A DNA stretch of 24,971 nt, taken from NCBI GenBank assembly GCA_045862955.1, contig BTVI01000042.1:1-24971 (forward strand), read 5' to 3'. Source of the DNA: Fimbriimonadales bacterium (lineage in GTDB: Bacteria > Armatimonadota > Fimbriimonadia > Fimbriimonadales > JABRVX01). How positions within the stretch are numbered: position 1 is the first letter of the stretch; each line of letters opens with the position of its first letter. Of this stretch, positions 8,657 to 18,780 are shown piece after piece. The notes under the pieces were generated by a model. The model searched no databases. It was not told the DNA's origin and saw nothing but the letters and a program-made list of their open reading frames with translations. The position numbers and the translations under genes are program-made.

Positions 8657-10606
8657 TTACCTCTTGATCGCCCCGAAGGTGACCCCACGAAGGAGGTGAT
8701 TTCGGAGTAGAAAGGTGAAAACCGCCACAGGTACCAGGAACAACAGCGTGCCTGCGGCGATCACGCCCCATTCCAACCCGCCCGAACCAACGCGGGTCTG
8801 CAGGCCCGGAGGCGCGGTCAGCGCGGCTCGGCTAGTTAGGAACAGGGCGAACGCGAACTCATTCCATGCCGTGATAAAGCAGAACACGGCTGTAGCCGCA
8901 ATTCCCGGCAACACTTGAGGCAAGGTGACCAGCCGAAACGCACGCAGCCGAGAGTAGCCGTCGAGTAGGGCGGCCTCCTCCAACTCCGCCGGTATCTCTT
9001 CGAAGAACCCTTTGAGAAGCCACACCGCGAACGCCAGATTGAACACCGTGTATAGCAAGATCAGCCCGATGTGGGTGTCCAGCAGGCCCAGCGTCCGGTA
9101 CATCAGATAGATGGGGATGGCGACGACCACCGGTGGCAACATGCGCGTGGACAGAATGAAGAAAAGCCAGTCGCTCTTGCCCTTGATTCGGAATCGCGCC
9201 AAGGCATAAGCCGCCATCGCACCTAGCCCCACAGCTAACACCGTGGCCGAAACACCTACGATCAGGCTGTTGCTCACCTGCTTCACGTAGGCCGTCATCT
9301 CCCTGTTTCGCCCCTCGCCCTGAAACAGCAGCTTGTCATATTGGCGCAGCGTCAGCGGGGCAACCAGGCGTGGCGGCTTGGTAACGATATCCTTGTCGTT
9401 CTTGAAGGAGGTGATCCCGATCCAGTAGAGGGGGAACAGAAACACGACGAGCGCAAAGGCGATGCCGAAGTACGCAAGCACGTTGCGGACATTCATTCCG
9501 CCCACTACTGCTATCAACAAGATAGCTAGTACCGAAACACCGACCGCTGGCTGTCGAAACAGCACCGCGACTCCGCCTAGCACAGTATCGAGGTTCCATA
9601 GCACCAGTACCCCGAGGACGAGCAGCGGCCACCATGCTTCCAATCGAGCGAACCAAACGTTGTTCAGAACGCGCTCCGGGATGGATACCAGTGGTCGTGC
9701 ATCGGCCTTGGATTCACCGCGCGTTCGATTCAGCATGCGTATGTACAGGTTGGCCAAACCAATGATCATCAGCAGAACGACGTATGCGAGCGCGCACGCC
9801 TTCCCAGTGTCCAAGCGAGAAAACGCGAGTCGCCAGAGCTGCATCGCTACAGTCTCGGTCGCGCTGCCCGGTCCGCCGCTGGTCAGCACGAAGACGAGAT
9901 CGAACATCTTGAACGCATCCATCGTCCGGAACAGCAGGGCAACCAACAGCAGCGGCATGATGATGGGCAGTGTTATGTATCGGAACTTGAACCACCCTGT
10001 CGCCCTATCCACCTCGGCGGCCTCATAGAGATGCCGTGGCACCGACGACAGTCCTGCCAGTGAAACAAGCATGATGAATGGCGACCACATCCACGTGTCC
10101 ACCGCTACCACGGACCACACGGCGCGCGTCGGGTCCATCAACCACAGGCTCGGCTCGTACCCCAATGCCCCCGCTACCACGTTGATCAGTCCCCAGTTGG
10201 GGTCTAGCAAGAAGCGCCAGAACAACCCCACCAGTACGGGTGAGAGCATCATAGGCAGCAGGAGCAGTGTGGTTACCAGGCCCTTTGCGCGGAACTTCCG
10301 GTTAAGCAGCAGCGCAACTCCGAAGCCTATCACGAACTGCGCGATGACCGATAGCACTACGATCTGCGCGGTAGTGACGAAGTACCCCCACATCTCGGGG
10401 TCGGTGAACACGGCGCGGTAGTTCTCGACGCCGATCCATACCGGGGGGTCTTGTCCAGCTGCACGATACGTGGTGAAGCTAAGATACAGCGACCAGAACA
10501 GTGGGAACACGTTCATGGCGATCAGTAGAATGAGCGTAGGTGCGAGGAACAAGTTGGCGACCCCGCGGTCGCCCAAACCCATTCGAAACGCTCGAATCGT
10601 CGCCAA
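8657..10606 (-). CDS. Fused double (MalF-like + MalG-like) carbohydrate ABC permease
   Basis: 649 aa with two EAA loops (LYEAAEVDRAT, LEEAALLDGYS) in one uninterrupted frame. TTG start. Confidence 0.9.
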   Translation of the reverse strand: MATIRAFRMGLGDRGVANLFLAPTLILLIAMNVFPLFWSLYLSFTTYRAAGQDPPVWIGVENYRAVFTDPEMWGYFVTTAQIVVLSVIAQFVIGFGVALLLNRKFRAKGLVTTLLLLPMMLSPVLVGLFWRFLLDPNWGLINVVAGALGYEPSLWLMDPTRAVWSVVAVDTWMWSPFIMLVSLAGLSSVPRHLYEAAEVDRATGWFKFRYITLPIIMPLLLVALLFRTMDAFKMFDLVFVLTSGGPGSATETVAMQLWRLAFSRLDTGKACALAYVVLLMIIGLANLYIRMLNRTRGESKADARPLVSIPERVLNNVWFARLEAWWPLLVLGVLVLWNLDTVLGGVAVLFRQPAVGVSVLAILLIAVVGGMNVRNVLAYFGIAFALVVFLFPLYWIGITSFKNDKDIVTKPPRLVAPLTLRQYDKLLFQGEGRNREMTAYVKQVSNSLIVGVSATVLAVGLGAMAAYALARFRIKGKSDWLFFILSTRMLPPVVVAIPIYLMYRTLGLLDTHIGLILLYTVFNLAFAVWLLKGFFEEIPAELEEAALLDGYSRLRAFRLVTLPQVLPGIAATAVFCFITAWNEFAFALFLTSRAALTAPPGLQTRVGSGGLEWGVIAAGTLLFLVPVAVFTFLLRNHLLRGVTFGAIKR

Positions 10607-10613
10607 GTCCGCC

Positions 10614-11936
10614 CTACTTCGCCTTCAGCAACTTTGCGTCCACCAGTATCTTGCGATGTGCGGTCGCGATGGCGTCCAGCGCCTCCTTGGGGGACATCTG
10701 CCCGGTGATGGCCGCATGCAGCTTCTCCTGCGAAACGTCCAGCATCTCTTGGTACACGGGGTTGTTCGTAAAGTCACGCAGGAGCCCAGCCGTATCACTG
10801 AATGCCTGATTATATGGTTTCGCGTTCCTGAAGTCGTCGCTGTTCAGCACGACCACGTTAGCGGTAAGCCCGCCTAGGCGAGCCCATTCCCGCTGCGTTT
10901 CCTCCTTCGCGAACCATTGCATGAACTGCTTGGCCTCGCTCTGCCGCTTCGAGTAGGTAGATATGGACATCCCCTGACCGCCCAGCGACACAGCATGGGC
11001 CACCTCGCCGGGGCTGACGAAGTAGCCTGTTACTTCGGCATAGGGGTTGTATTGCTTATCCGCAAATCCTGGCATGAAGGCGTACCACTCCATTGCCATC
11101 ACTACCAGGCCTTCCTTGAAGGCGTTCTTGGTCTCGTCGAAGTAGTAGTCTTCCGCGCCGATCGGGTTGAAGCGTTTCAGGTCAATATAGAACTTCAGCG
11201 CCTCGACCGCCTTGTCGGAGTTGATGGCGCCCACCGGGTCGCCAGTGTTCGGGTCGGCCCAATCCGCCCCCCAGCACCAGAGAATCTGCTGAAAACCCAT
11301 GGTCAGAGCATCGTAGCCCTTGGAGTAGAAAGTTGCGACCCCCCATAGATTCTGTTGCGGCCGCGTGAAGAACTCGGCGATGTCCCGAAGCTGGGTCCAG
11401 GTTTTCGGCGGGGCCAGGTCGTAGCCGTACTTTGCCTTGAACGCTGCCCGCTCCTGCGGGTCCTCGAACTTGTCCTTGCGATACGCAAAGCCGATCGCAT
11501 CGAACTCGCACGGCAGAGCGTAGTACTTGCCGGACCCCGAGGGGTATTCGCCGTACAGCTTGAGTGCCTCGGGGGAGATGTCTCGCAGCCGGATCGCCTT
11601 CTCCATCCACTCTGTGAGGTCCACATAGTGCCCCTGAGTGACTGCCTGACCGAGCCACTGACTGTCGCCGATGATGATGTCGTACTCCGCACTCTTCCCG
11701 GCCCAGACCACGTTGCGAATCTTGTCGCCGAAGTTCTGCCAAGGGATCTGCTCTACGACGACCTTCTTGCCCGTCTCCTCCGTGTACTTCTGGCACAACT
11801 TGGCCAGTGCGTCTGCAGGTTCCCACTTCGCCCAGACGATGACCAGCTCGTCCTTCGCCGCTCCTTCCTTCTGGCCTCCGCAGCCCGCTAAGGCGAACAG
11901 CGACAGAGCCGCGAGCAGAAGCAATACGTGGCGCAT
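10614..11936 (-). CDS. Carbohydrate/polyol ABC transporter substrate-binding lipoprotein (SBP family 1)
   Basis: Lipobox LAGC, YDIIIGDSQWLG, FAYRKD, SLGGQG; AAGGAGG RBS; operon context. Confidence 0.92.
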   Translation of the reverse strand: MRHVLLLLAALSLFALAGCGGQKEGAAKDELVIVWAKWEPADALAKLCQKYTEETGKKVVVEQIPWQNFGDKIRNVVWAGKSAEYDIIIGDSQWLGQAVTQGHYVDLTEWMEKAIRLRDISPEALKLYGEYPSGSGKYYALPCEFDAIGFAYRKDKFEDPQERAAFKAKYGYDLAPPKTWTQLRDIAEFFTRPQQNLWGVATFYSKGYDALTMGFQQILWCWGADWADPNTGDPVGAINSDKAVEALKFYIDLKRFNPIGAEDYYFDETKNAFKEGLVVMAMEWYAFMPGFADKQYNPYAEVTGYFVSPGEVAHAVSLGGQGMSISTYSKRQSEAKQFMQWFAKEETQREWARLGGLTANVVVLNSDDFRNAKPYNQAFSDTAGLLRDFTNNPVYQEMLDVSQEKLHAAITGQMSPKEALDAIATAHRKILVDAKLLKAK

Positions 11937-11959
11937 ACGGTCCTCCTTGCGCGAGGCAT

Positions 11960-12685
11960 CTACGACCGGACCTCGATGCTGAAGTCGACGATGTCCAGCG
12001 AAGGGTCGGCAACGTCGCCTCGCGGTTCGATGTTCCCAAAGTACGCGTTATCGTATGTAGAGTCCTGCGTCACCGAGAGGTTCAGGAAACGGTTGATATC
12101 TCCAGCACCGGCTCCGAGCGCATCCCACCGCTTGCTGTCCGACGGCTCGTCCGGATTGGTCGGCAGGTAATCCGTGGCGATGATGTTCACCTGAAGGTGC
12201 GTGATTTTCGCGGCGTCTGCTGGCGTCGCACTGATCTGGGCGAGATCGATCTCGAACCGCAGAATGCGGTCGCCGGTCGCTGGGGTGGTAAAAGCGACGG
12301 GCGTCCCGAGTAGCACGGGCTGCACCTGCACCCCCGGGTCTTCGAAGCGGTACAGGAAGTATTGCCCGAGCGGCTGTGCCTGGAACGGCCCTAACGCCAC
12401 CATGTGCGTGTAGCGCCCCGCTGCATAGCCGTTGCCCCATGGAGGCTGTATCACGGGCAGCGGGCCGGTCTGCCCGGCCGGATCCCCCTCGTTGCGAATG
12501 AGGAAGAAATAGTAATACGGCTCCCGAAGGTCCGAGCCGATGCCCAGCCGTGCTTCGCCAGCGAGCGTAATGGTGATTACGAGCCGCTTCGCACGCGTGC
12601 CGTCCGACACATCCGGAAACCGCGCACAGCCGTTGAAGGCCAGCGCGAGCAGACCGCAGGATAGCAGTGCAAACCGAGCGAACAT
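11960..12685 (-). CDS. Hypothetical lipoprotein
   Basis: Signal peptide with lipobox-like FNGC, followed by a beta-rich body. Co-oriented 23 nt upstream of the SBP gene. Confidence 0.8.
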   Translation of the reverse strand: MFARFALLSCGLLALAFNGCARFPDVSDGTRAKRLVITITLAGEARLGIGSDLREPYYYFFLIRNEGDPAGQTGPLPVIQPPWGNGYAAGRYTHMVALGPFQAQPLGQYFLYRFEDPGVQVQPVLLGTPVAFTTPATGDRILRFEIDLAQISATPADAAKITHLQVNIIATDYLPTNPDEPSDSKRWDALGAGAGDINRFLNLSVTQDSTYDNAYFGNIEPRGDVADPSLDIVDFSIEVRS

Positions 12686-12814
12686 CCTTCTTCGAGTGGT
12701 GGGTGCCCGTCCCGCCCTAGTGGACAGAAGGGCGGATACGGGGGCACCTCAGTATACTGCGTTCCGGCGAATCGGCTAAACTGAAGGCCAGTCGCGGTAC
12801 GCACCGCGAGCGCC

Positions 12815-14107
12815 TTGGAGGAGCTGTTGGAAGTACTACGGATTCGGGGTGGCCTCCGTCTGGAGGGCGAGGTGCACGTTGCAGGAAGCAAGAATGCTGC
12901 ACTCGCCATCCTCGCGGGGAGCATTCTCACGGAAGAGGATATCCTGCTCAGAAACCTGCCCGACGTGCGCGACGTGCGCATAAAGGTCGACCTTCTGCGC
13001 GAGATCGGCGTCAAAGCCGACTGGACCGAAGATGGACTCTGGCTCAACGCGAAGCCCCTGCGAAGCGGCATCGTGCCTCCGGAGGGTTGCCGCAGCATTC
13101 GAACCGCCTTCTATCTGCTGGGCCCGTTGCTGGCTCGAGTAGGCGAGTGCGTGGTGCCGCTGCCGGGCGGATGCAACATCGGCGCGAGACCGGTCAACTT
13201 CCACGTCCGCGGTTTGAAGAGCCTCGGCGCGTCGCTCTCACTGCGCGAGGGCTGCTATCACGCCAGGGCCGAAAAGCTTATCGGCGGCGACATCTATCTC
13301 GACTTCCCGAGCGCAGGTGCCACCCAGCACCTAATGACAGCCGCCGTGCTAGCCGAGGGCGCCACCTCCATTCACAACTGTGCGATCGAGCCCGAGGTCG
13401 TCGCGCTTGCCGACTTCCTCAATCGCCTCGGCGCGCGAATTGACGGAGCAGGCACGAGCACGGTCACTATCGAGGGTGTGAAGCGATTGAAGGGCGGCGA
13501 GTTTCGGGTGCCGGCGGACCGTCTGCAAGCAGGAACCTACTTGCTCGCAGGCGCCGCTGCTCGTGGCGATGTGACGGTGCGGGGTATGGTTCCCGAGCAC
13601 CTACACTCGCTGATCGCCAAGCTGCGCGAGGCAGGCGCACAGGTCTCCGAGGGACACGATTGGCTGCGCGTCAGCCAGCCCACTCGCCCGAAAGCCGTGG
13701 ATGTGCGGACCATGCCCCACCCGGGCTTCCCAACCGACCTTCAGCAGCCCATGTGTGCGTACCTGGCTACGGCAACCGGCACATCGCTTATCAGCGAGAC
13801 CATTTACGAGGCGAGAATCGGACACGTCGCCGAGCTGCGTCGGATGGGGGCCGACATGCGGGTAGACGGCCGCAACATCAGCATCACCGGAGTGGAACGG
13901 CTCACCGGTGCAAGAGTGACGGCAACCGACCTTCGTGCCGGTGCAGCCCTCATCGTCGCTGCTCTTGGTGCCGAAGGCGAAACCGAAATCCACAATTTGC
14001 AGAATATCGAACGGGGTTACGAACACGTGGATAGCATTCTCAGCTCGCTCGGTGCCGACATCGAGCGTGCCACAGTGCCCGACCCCGTGGACGCAGTCGC
14101 GAAATGA
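12815..14107 (+). CDS. murA: UDP-N-acetylglucosamine 1-carboxyvinyltransferase
   Basis: GSKNAAL, LPGGCNIGARPV (catalytic Cys retained), PGFPTDLQ, DLRAGAAL, IERGYE. TTG start. Confidence 0.96.
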   Translation: MEELLEVLRIRGGLRLEGEVHVAGSKNAALAILAGSILTEEDILLRNLPDVRDVRIKVDLLREIGVKADWTEDGLWLNAKPLRSGIVPPEGCRSIRTAFYLLGPLLARVGECVVPLPGGCNIGARPVNFHVRGLKSLGASLSLREGCYHARAEKLIGGDIYLDFPSAGATQHLMTAAVLAEGATSIHNCAIEPEVVALADFLNRLGARIDGAGTSTVTIEGVKRLKGGEFRVPADRLQAGTYLLAGAAARGDVTVRGMVPEHLHSLIAKLREAGAQVSEGHDWLRVSQPTRPKAVDVRTMPHPGFPTDLQQPMCAYLATATGTSLISETIYEARIGHVAELRRMGADMRVDGRNISITGVERLTGARVTATDLRAGAALIVAALGAEGETEIHNLQNIERGYEHVDSILSSLGADIERATVPDPVDAVAK

Positions 14108-15123
14108 GCCTCGTGCCCGAACTCGGCATCGATCTCGGCACAGCCAACATCCTCGTGTACCAGCGTGGAAAGGGCATCGTTCTGCGCGAGCCGACCGTCG
14201 TCGCCATCGCCATGCCATCACGTAAGGTATTGGCGGTGGGAGAAGAGGCCAGACTGATGCTAGGGCGCACTCCCGGTAACATCACGGCTGTCCGCCCACT
14301 CCGCGACGGTGTCATCGCCGACTACACCACCACCCTGAAAATGCTGCAATACCTGTTCGATAAGTGCTGTGGGCCTCGGAGATGGCTGAAGCCGCGCGTC
14401 CTGATCTGCGTGCCCAGCGGCTGCACCAGCGTGGAGCGTCGCGCAGTGGTGCAGGCAGCCAAAGAGGCCGGCGCGGGCGATGCCGAGACGATCCAAGAAC
14501 CAATGGCGGCGGCCATCGGGGCCGGACTCCCCATTAGCATGCCAGGCGGCAACATGGTGGTGGATATCGGCGGCGGAACGACCGACATCGCAGTGATCTC
14601 GCTCGGCGGCATCGTGAAGGCGCAGGGCATTCGGGTCGGCGGAAACAAGATGGACGAGGCCATCATTCGTCACGTCCGCACCGCCTATAACCTGATGATC
14701 GGAAACGCCACCGCCGAAGAAATCAAAGTCAAGATCGGCTCGGCTTACACGCTGCAACCCGAAATGCGGCTGGAGGTACGGGGCAGAGACCTCGTCGCAG
14801 GGCTCCCGAAGACGGTCGAGGTCACCAGCGAGGAGATTCGCGATGCAATCGCCGAGCCGGTGAACGCCATCGTAGAGAAGGTTTGCAAGGTGCTTGAGGA
14901 GACCCCGCCCGAACTTGCCTCCGATATCATCGAGAGAGGAATCGTTTTGACGGGTGGTGGGGCGCTGCTGCGTGGGCTCGACGAGCTGCTGAACGTCGCC
15001 ACCGACATCCCGATTCACGTCGCCGAGAACCCGCTGAGTTGCGTGGCCATCGGCACGGGAAAAGCGTTGGAGCAGATGCGGGACTTCGGAAAAGCCGGCT
15101 TTCCCGTCGCCAATCTGTGGTAG
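14104..15123 (+). CDS. mreB: Rod shape-determining actin homolog (MreB/Mbl)
   Basis: GIDLGTAN, PLRDGVIAD, EPMAAAIG, VDIGGGTTD, LTGGGALL. ATGA overlap with murA. Confidence 0.96.
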   Translation: MSLVPELGIDLGTANILVYQRGKGIVLREPTVVAIAMPSRKVLAVGEEARLMLGRTPGNITAVRPLRDGVIADYTTTLKMLQYLFDKCCGPRRWLKPRVLICVPSGCTSVERRAVVQAAKEAGAGDAETIQEPMAAAIGAGLPISMPGGNMVVDIGGGTTDIAVISLGGIVKAQGIRVGGNKMDEAIIRHVRTAYNLMIGNATAEEIKVKIGSAYTLQPEMRLEVRGRDLVAGLPKTVEVTSEEIRDAIAEPVNAIVEKVCKVLEETPPELASDIIERGIVLTGGGALLRGLDELLNVATDIPIHVAENPLSCVAIGTGKALEQMRDFGKAGFPVANLW

Positions 15124-15136
15124 GAGGAGTACTTCC

Positions 15137-15583
15137 ATGTGGCTGTTTGGTGTCTGTCTGTCGGTTGCACTAGCACTCGGTGGCTTCAGCGATGTGCCGA
15201 AGGACCACTGGGCCTATGAAGCCGTCACCGCGATGAGCGCACGAGGCTACATCTCGGGCTATCCGGACGGCACATTCCAGGGAGAGCGTCCCATCACACG
15301 ATTCGAGTTCGCAGTCGCACTGGATCGCTTCGTACGGGACGTAGAGAAGGGCCTGAAAGAAGCTCCCAAGAGCCCGAACGTCAAGGACAAGAACGTCGGC
15401 GTCGCACCGACACACTGGGCGCACGGCTCGCTGCTGCACCTGCTCGAAGCCGGCTACCTACCACCCAGCTCTCCCATCTTTTCGGAGAAGACCAAGCAGC
15501 TAACAGCGAAGCAACTCGGTGAGGCACTCGGCAAGATCGCCGCCCACATTGCCTACCTACACGCCGCGCCGCCAGAAGACTGA
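15137..15583 (+). CDS. Small secreted S-layer homology (SLH) domain protein
   Basis: Signal peptide, then FSDVPKDHWAYEAV...GYPDGTFQGERPITRFEFA (SLH) and a second degenerate SLH repeat (VAPTHWA...). AGGAGG RBS. Confidence 0.88.
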   Translation: MWLFGVCLSVALALGGFSDVPKDHWAYEAVTAMSARGYISGYPDGTFQGERPITRFEFAVALDRFVRDVEKGLKEAPKSPNVKDKNVGVAPTHWAHGSLLHLLEAGYLPPSSPIFSEKTKQLTAKQLGEALGKIAAHIAYLHAAPPED

Positions 15584-15584
15584 T

Positions 15585-18500
15585 CTATACACCGCCGGAT
15601 CGGCGCAACTGTCTGCCCTTCGTCATGTAGTACAGCGCTGGCACGGCGAGGCGCGAGATCAACGTAGACGCGATCTCGCCTGCCATCAGCGCAATCGCCA
15701 GGCCCTGGAAGATCGGATCGAACAGTATCACCGAAGAGCCGACGATAACGGCTGCCGCCGTTAGCAGCATCGGGCGGAATCGTGTTACCCCCGCGTCCAG
15801 CACCGCTTCCTCCAGAGGAAGTCCCTGGGACAGTCGTAGCTCGATGAAGTCCACCAAAATGATCGAGTTCCGAACAATGATTCCGGCACCTGCGATGAAG
15901 CCGATCATGGATGTGGCAGTAAAGAATGCACCCATCAGCCCATGAGCAGGTAGTATGCCAATGAGAGTTAGCGGGATGGGTGCCATGATCACGAATGGCG
16001 TGATGAAGTTCTGGAAGCTCGCTACCACCAGCATGTAGATGATTACTAGCACTGCAGCGAATGCGATTCCGAGGTCCCGAAAGACCTCGTAGGTGATGTG
16101 CCACTCCCCGTCCCACTTCATCGAGAACTGATCACCCGTCTCCGGCAGCCGCGTGGATAGCACATTTAGCTTGGAGCCGTCCGGCATGCGAAGTTTGTCC
16201 AGTTCCTTGTTGATCGCGAGAATGGCATACACGGGCGACTCCTGCCTGCCGGTGACATCCCCTATCACGTAGGTCACAGGCATCAGGTTCTTATGGTAGC
16301 GGCTCTTGTCCGCTGGTCGCTCGACCGTGCGCGTCACCGAGGACAACGGTGTCAGCCCGCCTGCGGAACGAACGTGAAACGACTCCAGGTGATACGCATC
16401 GCTCCTCTGCTCGCGCGGGAAACGGAGCACGATGCGCACATCTTCTTCTTCATCGCTTCGGTGTGCAAGACCCACGGGTAATCCGGAGAGTGCGGCAGTC
16501 ACAGTGGCATGGATATCGTCCGTGCGCACACCGGTCAACGAAGCCTTGGTGAAGTCAGGCTCGATTTGCACTTCAGGACGATCCGCCTCCACATACCAGT
16601 CGACGTCGGTAACACCCTCGGTGCGCTCCATGATCTCGCGCACCTGACTAGCGACGGCAATCCGGCTCTCCTCGGTCGGCCCGTACACCTCGGCAACGAG
16701 CGTGGATAGTACCGGTGGCCCAGGGGGGACTTCGGCCACCTTCACGTTGGCACCCATGCGTCGTCCGACCTCGAGCAGTTGCGGGCGCAATCGCTTCGCA
16801 ATGTCATGGCTCTGCGCCTTACGCTGAGCCTTCGAGACGAGGTTCACCTGGATATCTGCGACGTGCGGCCCGCGTCGCAAGAAGTAGTGGCGAACGAGCC
16901 CATTGAAGTTGTAGGGCCCGGCAGTTCCTATGTACAACTGATAGTCCGTTACCTCGGGAACCGTGGCGATCACGTCGGCTAGTGCTTTGGTCACAGCTGC
17001 CGTTTTCTCCAGCGACGAGCCCTCCGGCATGTCCACGATCACCTGGAACTCGCTCTTGTTGTCGAATGGCAGCATTTTCACCACCACGAACTTGGTGGCG
17101 ATCAGGCCCATCGAACCGAGCAGCATCAATCCGACTAGAACGAAAAAGGAGAACCGTGCAACTCGACTACGTAGCAGTGACCCCATCACTGCCAAATACA
17201 GCCGGGTGAGAAGTCCCTTTCGGTCGTGAGAACCGTGATCGTGGCTTCCTTTGTGGTTGCGCAGAATGCGCACCGCGGCCCAGGGCGTGACGATGAACGC
17301 AACGAGCAGCGACCACATCATGGCCGACGACGCATTGATAGGGATGGGCCTCATGTATGGCCCCATTAGCCCGCCGACGAAGGCCAAGGGCAGGATAGCC
17401 GCAATCACCGCGAAGGTGGCAAGGATAGTGGGATTGCCGACCTCGTCCACGGCACGGATCGATACGTCTATCAGCGACTGGTCCTTCGACTTCATCCGTA
17501 TGTGGCGGACGATGTTCTCCACAACCACGATGGCATCGTCCACGAGAATACCGATGGAGAAGATGAGCGCGAACAGCGTGATCCGATTGAGCGTATAGCC
17601 GTAGAAGTACATGACAGCCATCGTCAGAGCCAAGGTGACGGGTATGGCGATTAGAACTACCAGCGACTCCTTGAGCCCTAGTGCCAACGCAATTAGCAGA
17701 GTAACTCCTACCACGGCGATGGCCATGTGGAACAGAAGCTCGTTCGACTTCTCCTTGGCAGTTTCGCCGTAGTCACGGGTCACTGTCACTTGTACGTCGG
17801 AAGGTATCAAGCTTCCCTTCAAGTGCTCGACTTTGGCTAGCACTGCGTTCGCGAGGTCACTAGCGTTCGTCCCCTTGCGCTTGGCCAGCGTCAGAGTAAC
17901 AGCTTCCTCGAAGGTCTCGGGTCCGCCCTCGCGGTTGGGACGGCCGAAAAACACGTACTGATCTGCATCGCCCCTGCCCAGACGTACGTCCGCCACGTCC
18001 TTCAGCCGCACTGGACTGCCGTCTGCTACGGCAATGGGGACCTCGCCGATCGCCGACGGCTCGAACAAGAATCGCCCGGTGCGCACACCGAGCGACTGAT
18101 CCGAGGCCGTCACTGCGCCGGTTTCGCGCCGTTCATTGACGCTCCGTATTGCCCCGGCCACGTCGGGCACTGTCACGCCCCGACCTGCCATCCTGTTCGC
18201 ATCCAGTTCGACTAGCATCTCCCTGGGGCGCCCACCGATGATGCCAATCTCGGACACCTTCGGGATCTGCTTCAGTTCGGTCTCCAGGCGCGTCGCAATA
18301 AGGCGCAGTTCGTCCGCCGAATAACCTCCTCCGTGCAGCGTGAGCGCGAGGATCGGTATGTCGTCTATGCTCCTCAGCTTCAGGATAGGTGGACTAACAC
18401 CCTGCGGGATGCGGTCATAGTTGGACTGCAGCTTTTCGCGCAGCCGTACCATACTGTCTTCTTCGTTCTGCCCCACGTAGAATCGCACCACGCACAGCGA

Positions 18501-18779
18501 CTGCCCGGGGCTGCTCGTGGTGTAGATGTACTCCACACCCGGTATCTCCCACAGCAAAGCCTCCATCGGCTTGCTGACGCGTTCTACCACCTCCTCTGCA
18601 GACAAACCGGGGGCCTGCACGATCACATCCACCATGGGCACGATGATCTGCGGCTCTTCTTCGCGCGGCGTGCGCCACACCGCCCAGATGCCGAGCGCAA
18701 CAGACGCAGCAATCAAGATGGGTGTTAGCTTGGAGTCTATGAATGCCCGCGCTAACCGGCCCGCCAGCCCGAGATGCAT
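15585..18779 (-). CDS. RND efflux transporter permease (AcrB/CzcA superfamily)
   Basis: About 1064 aa; [32 protein letters not shown]. Start set at ATG 18779, 1 nt after the adaptor stop. Confidence 0.95.
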   Translation of the reverse strand: MHLGLAGRLARAFIDSKLTPILIAASVALGIWAVWRTPREEEPQIIVPMVDVIVQAPGLSAEEVVERVSKPMEALLWEIPGVEYIYTTSSPGQSLCVVRFYVGQNEEDSMVRLREKLQSNYDRIPQGVSPPILKLRSIDDIPILALTLHGGGYSADELRLIATRLETELKQIPKVSEIGIIGGRPREMLVELDANRMAGRGVTVPDVAGAIRSVNERRETGAVTASDQSLGVRTGRFLFEPSAIGEVPIAVADGSPVRLKDVADVRLGRGDADQYVFFGRPNREGGPETFEEAVTLTLAKRKGTNASDLANAVLAKVEHLKGSLIPSDVQVTVTRDYGETAKEKSNELLFHMAIAVVGVTLLIALALGLKESLVVLIAIPVTLALTMAVMYFYGYTLNRITLFALIFSIGILVDDAIVVVENIVRHIRMKSKDQSLIDVSIRAVDEVGNPTILATFAVIAAILPLAFVGGLMGPYMRPIPINASSAMMWSLLVAFIVTPWAAVRILRNHKGSHDHGSHDRKGLLTRLYLAVMGSLLRSRVARFSFFVLVGLMLLGSMGLIATKFVVVKMLPFDNKSEFQVIVDMPEGSSLEKTAAVTKALADVIATVPEVTDYQLYIGTAGPYNFNGLVRHYFLRRGPHVADIQVNLVSKAQRKAQSHDIAKRLRPQLLEVGRRMGANVKVAEVPPGPPVLSTLVAEVYGPTEESRIAVASQVREIMERTEGVTDVDWYVEADRPEVQIEPDFTKASLTGVRTDDIHATVTAALSGLPVGLAHRSDEEEDVRIVLRFPREQRSDAYHLESFHVRSAGGLTPLSSVTRTVERPADKSRYHKNLMPVTYVIGDVTGRQESPVYAILAINKELDKLRMPDGSKLNVLSTRLPETGDQFSMKWDGEWHITYEVFRDLGIAFAAVLVIIYMLVVASFQNFITPFVIMAPIPLTLIGILPAHGLMGAFFTATSMIGFIAGAGIIVRNSIILVDFIELRLSQGLPLEEAVLDAGVTRFRPMLLTAAAVIVGSSVILFDPIFQGLAIALMAGEIASTLISRLAVPALYYMTKGRQLRRSGGV

Positions 18780-18780
18780 G

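Noticed and set aside
14260..15138. 292-aa antisense ORF to mreB, and other long overlapping ORFs (7199-7915, 11182-12039, 22033-22731, 23824-24522)
   Set aside because: Shadow ORFs expected from high-GC codon bias, with no recognisable motifs.
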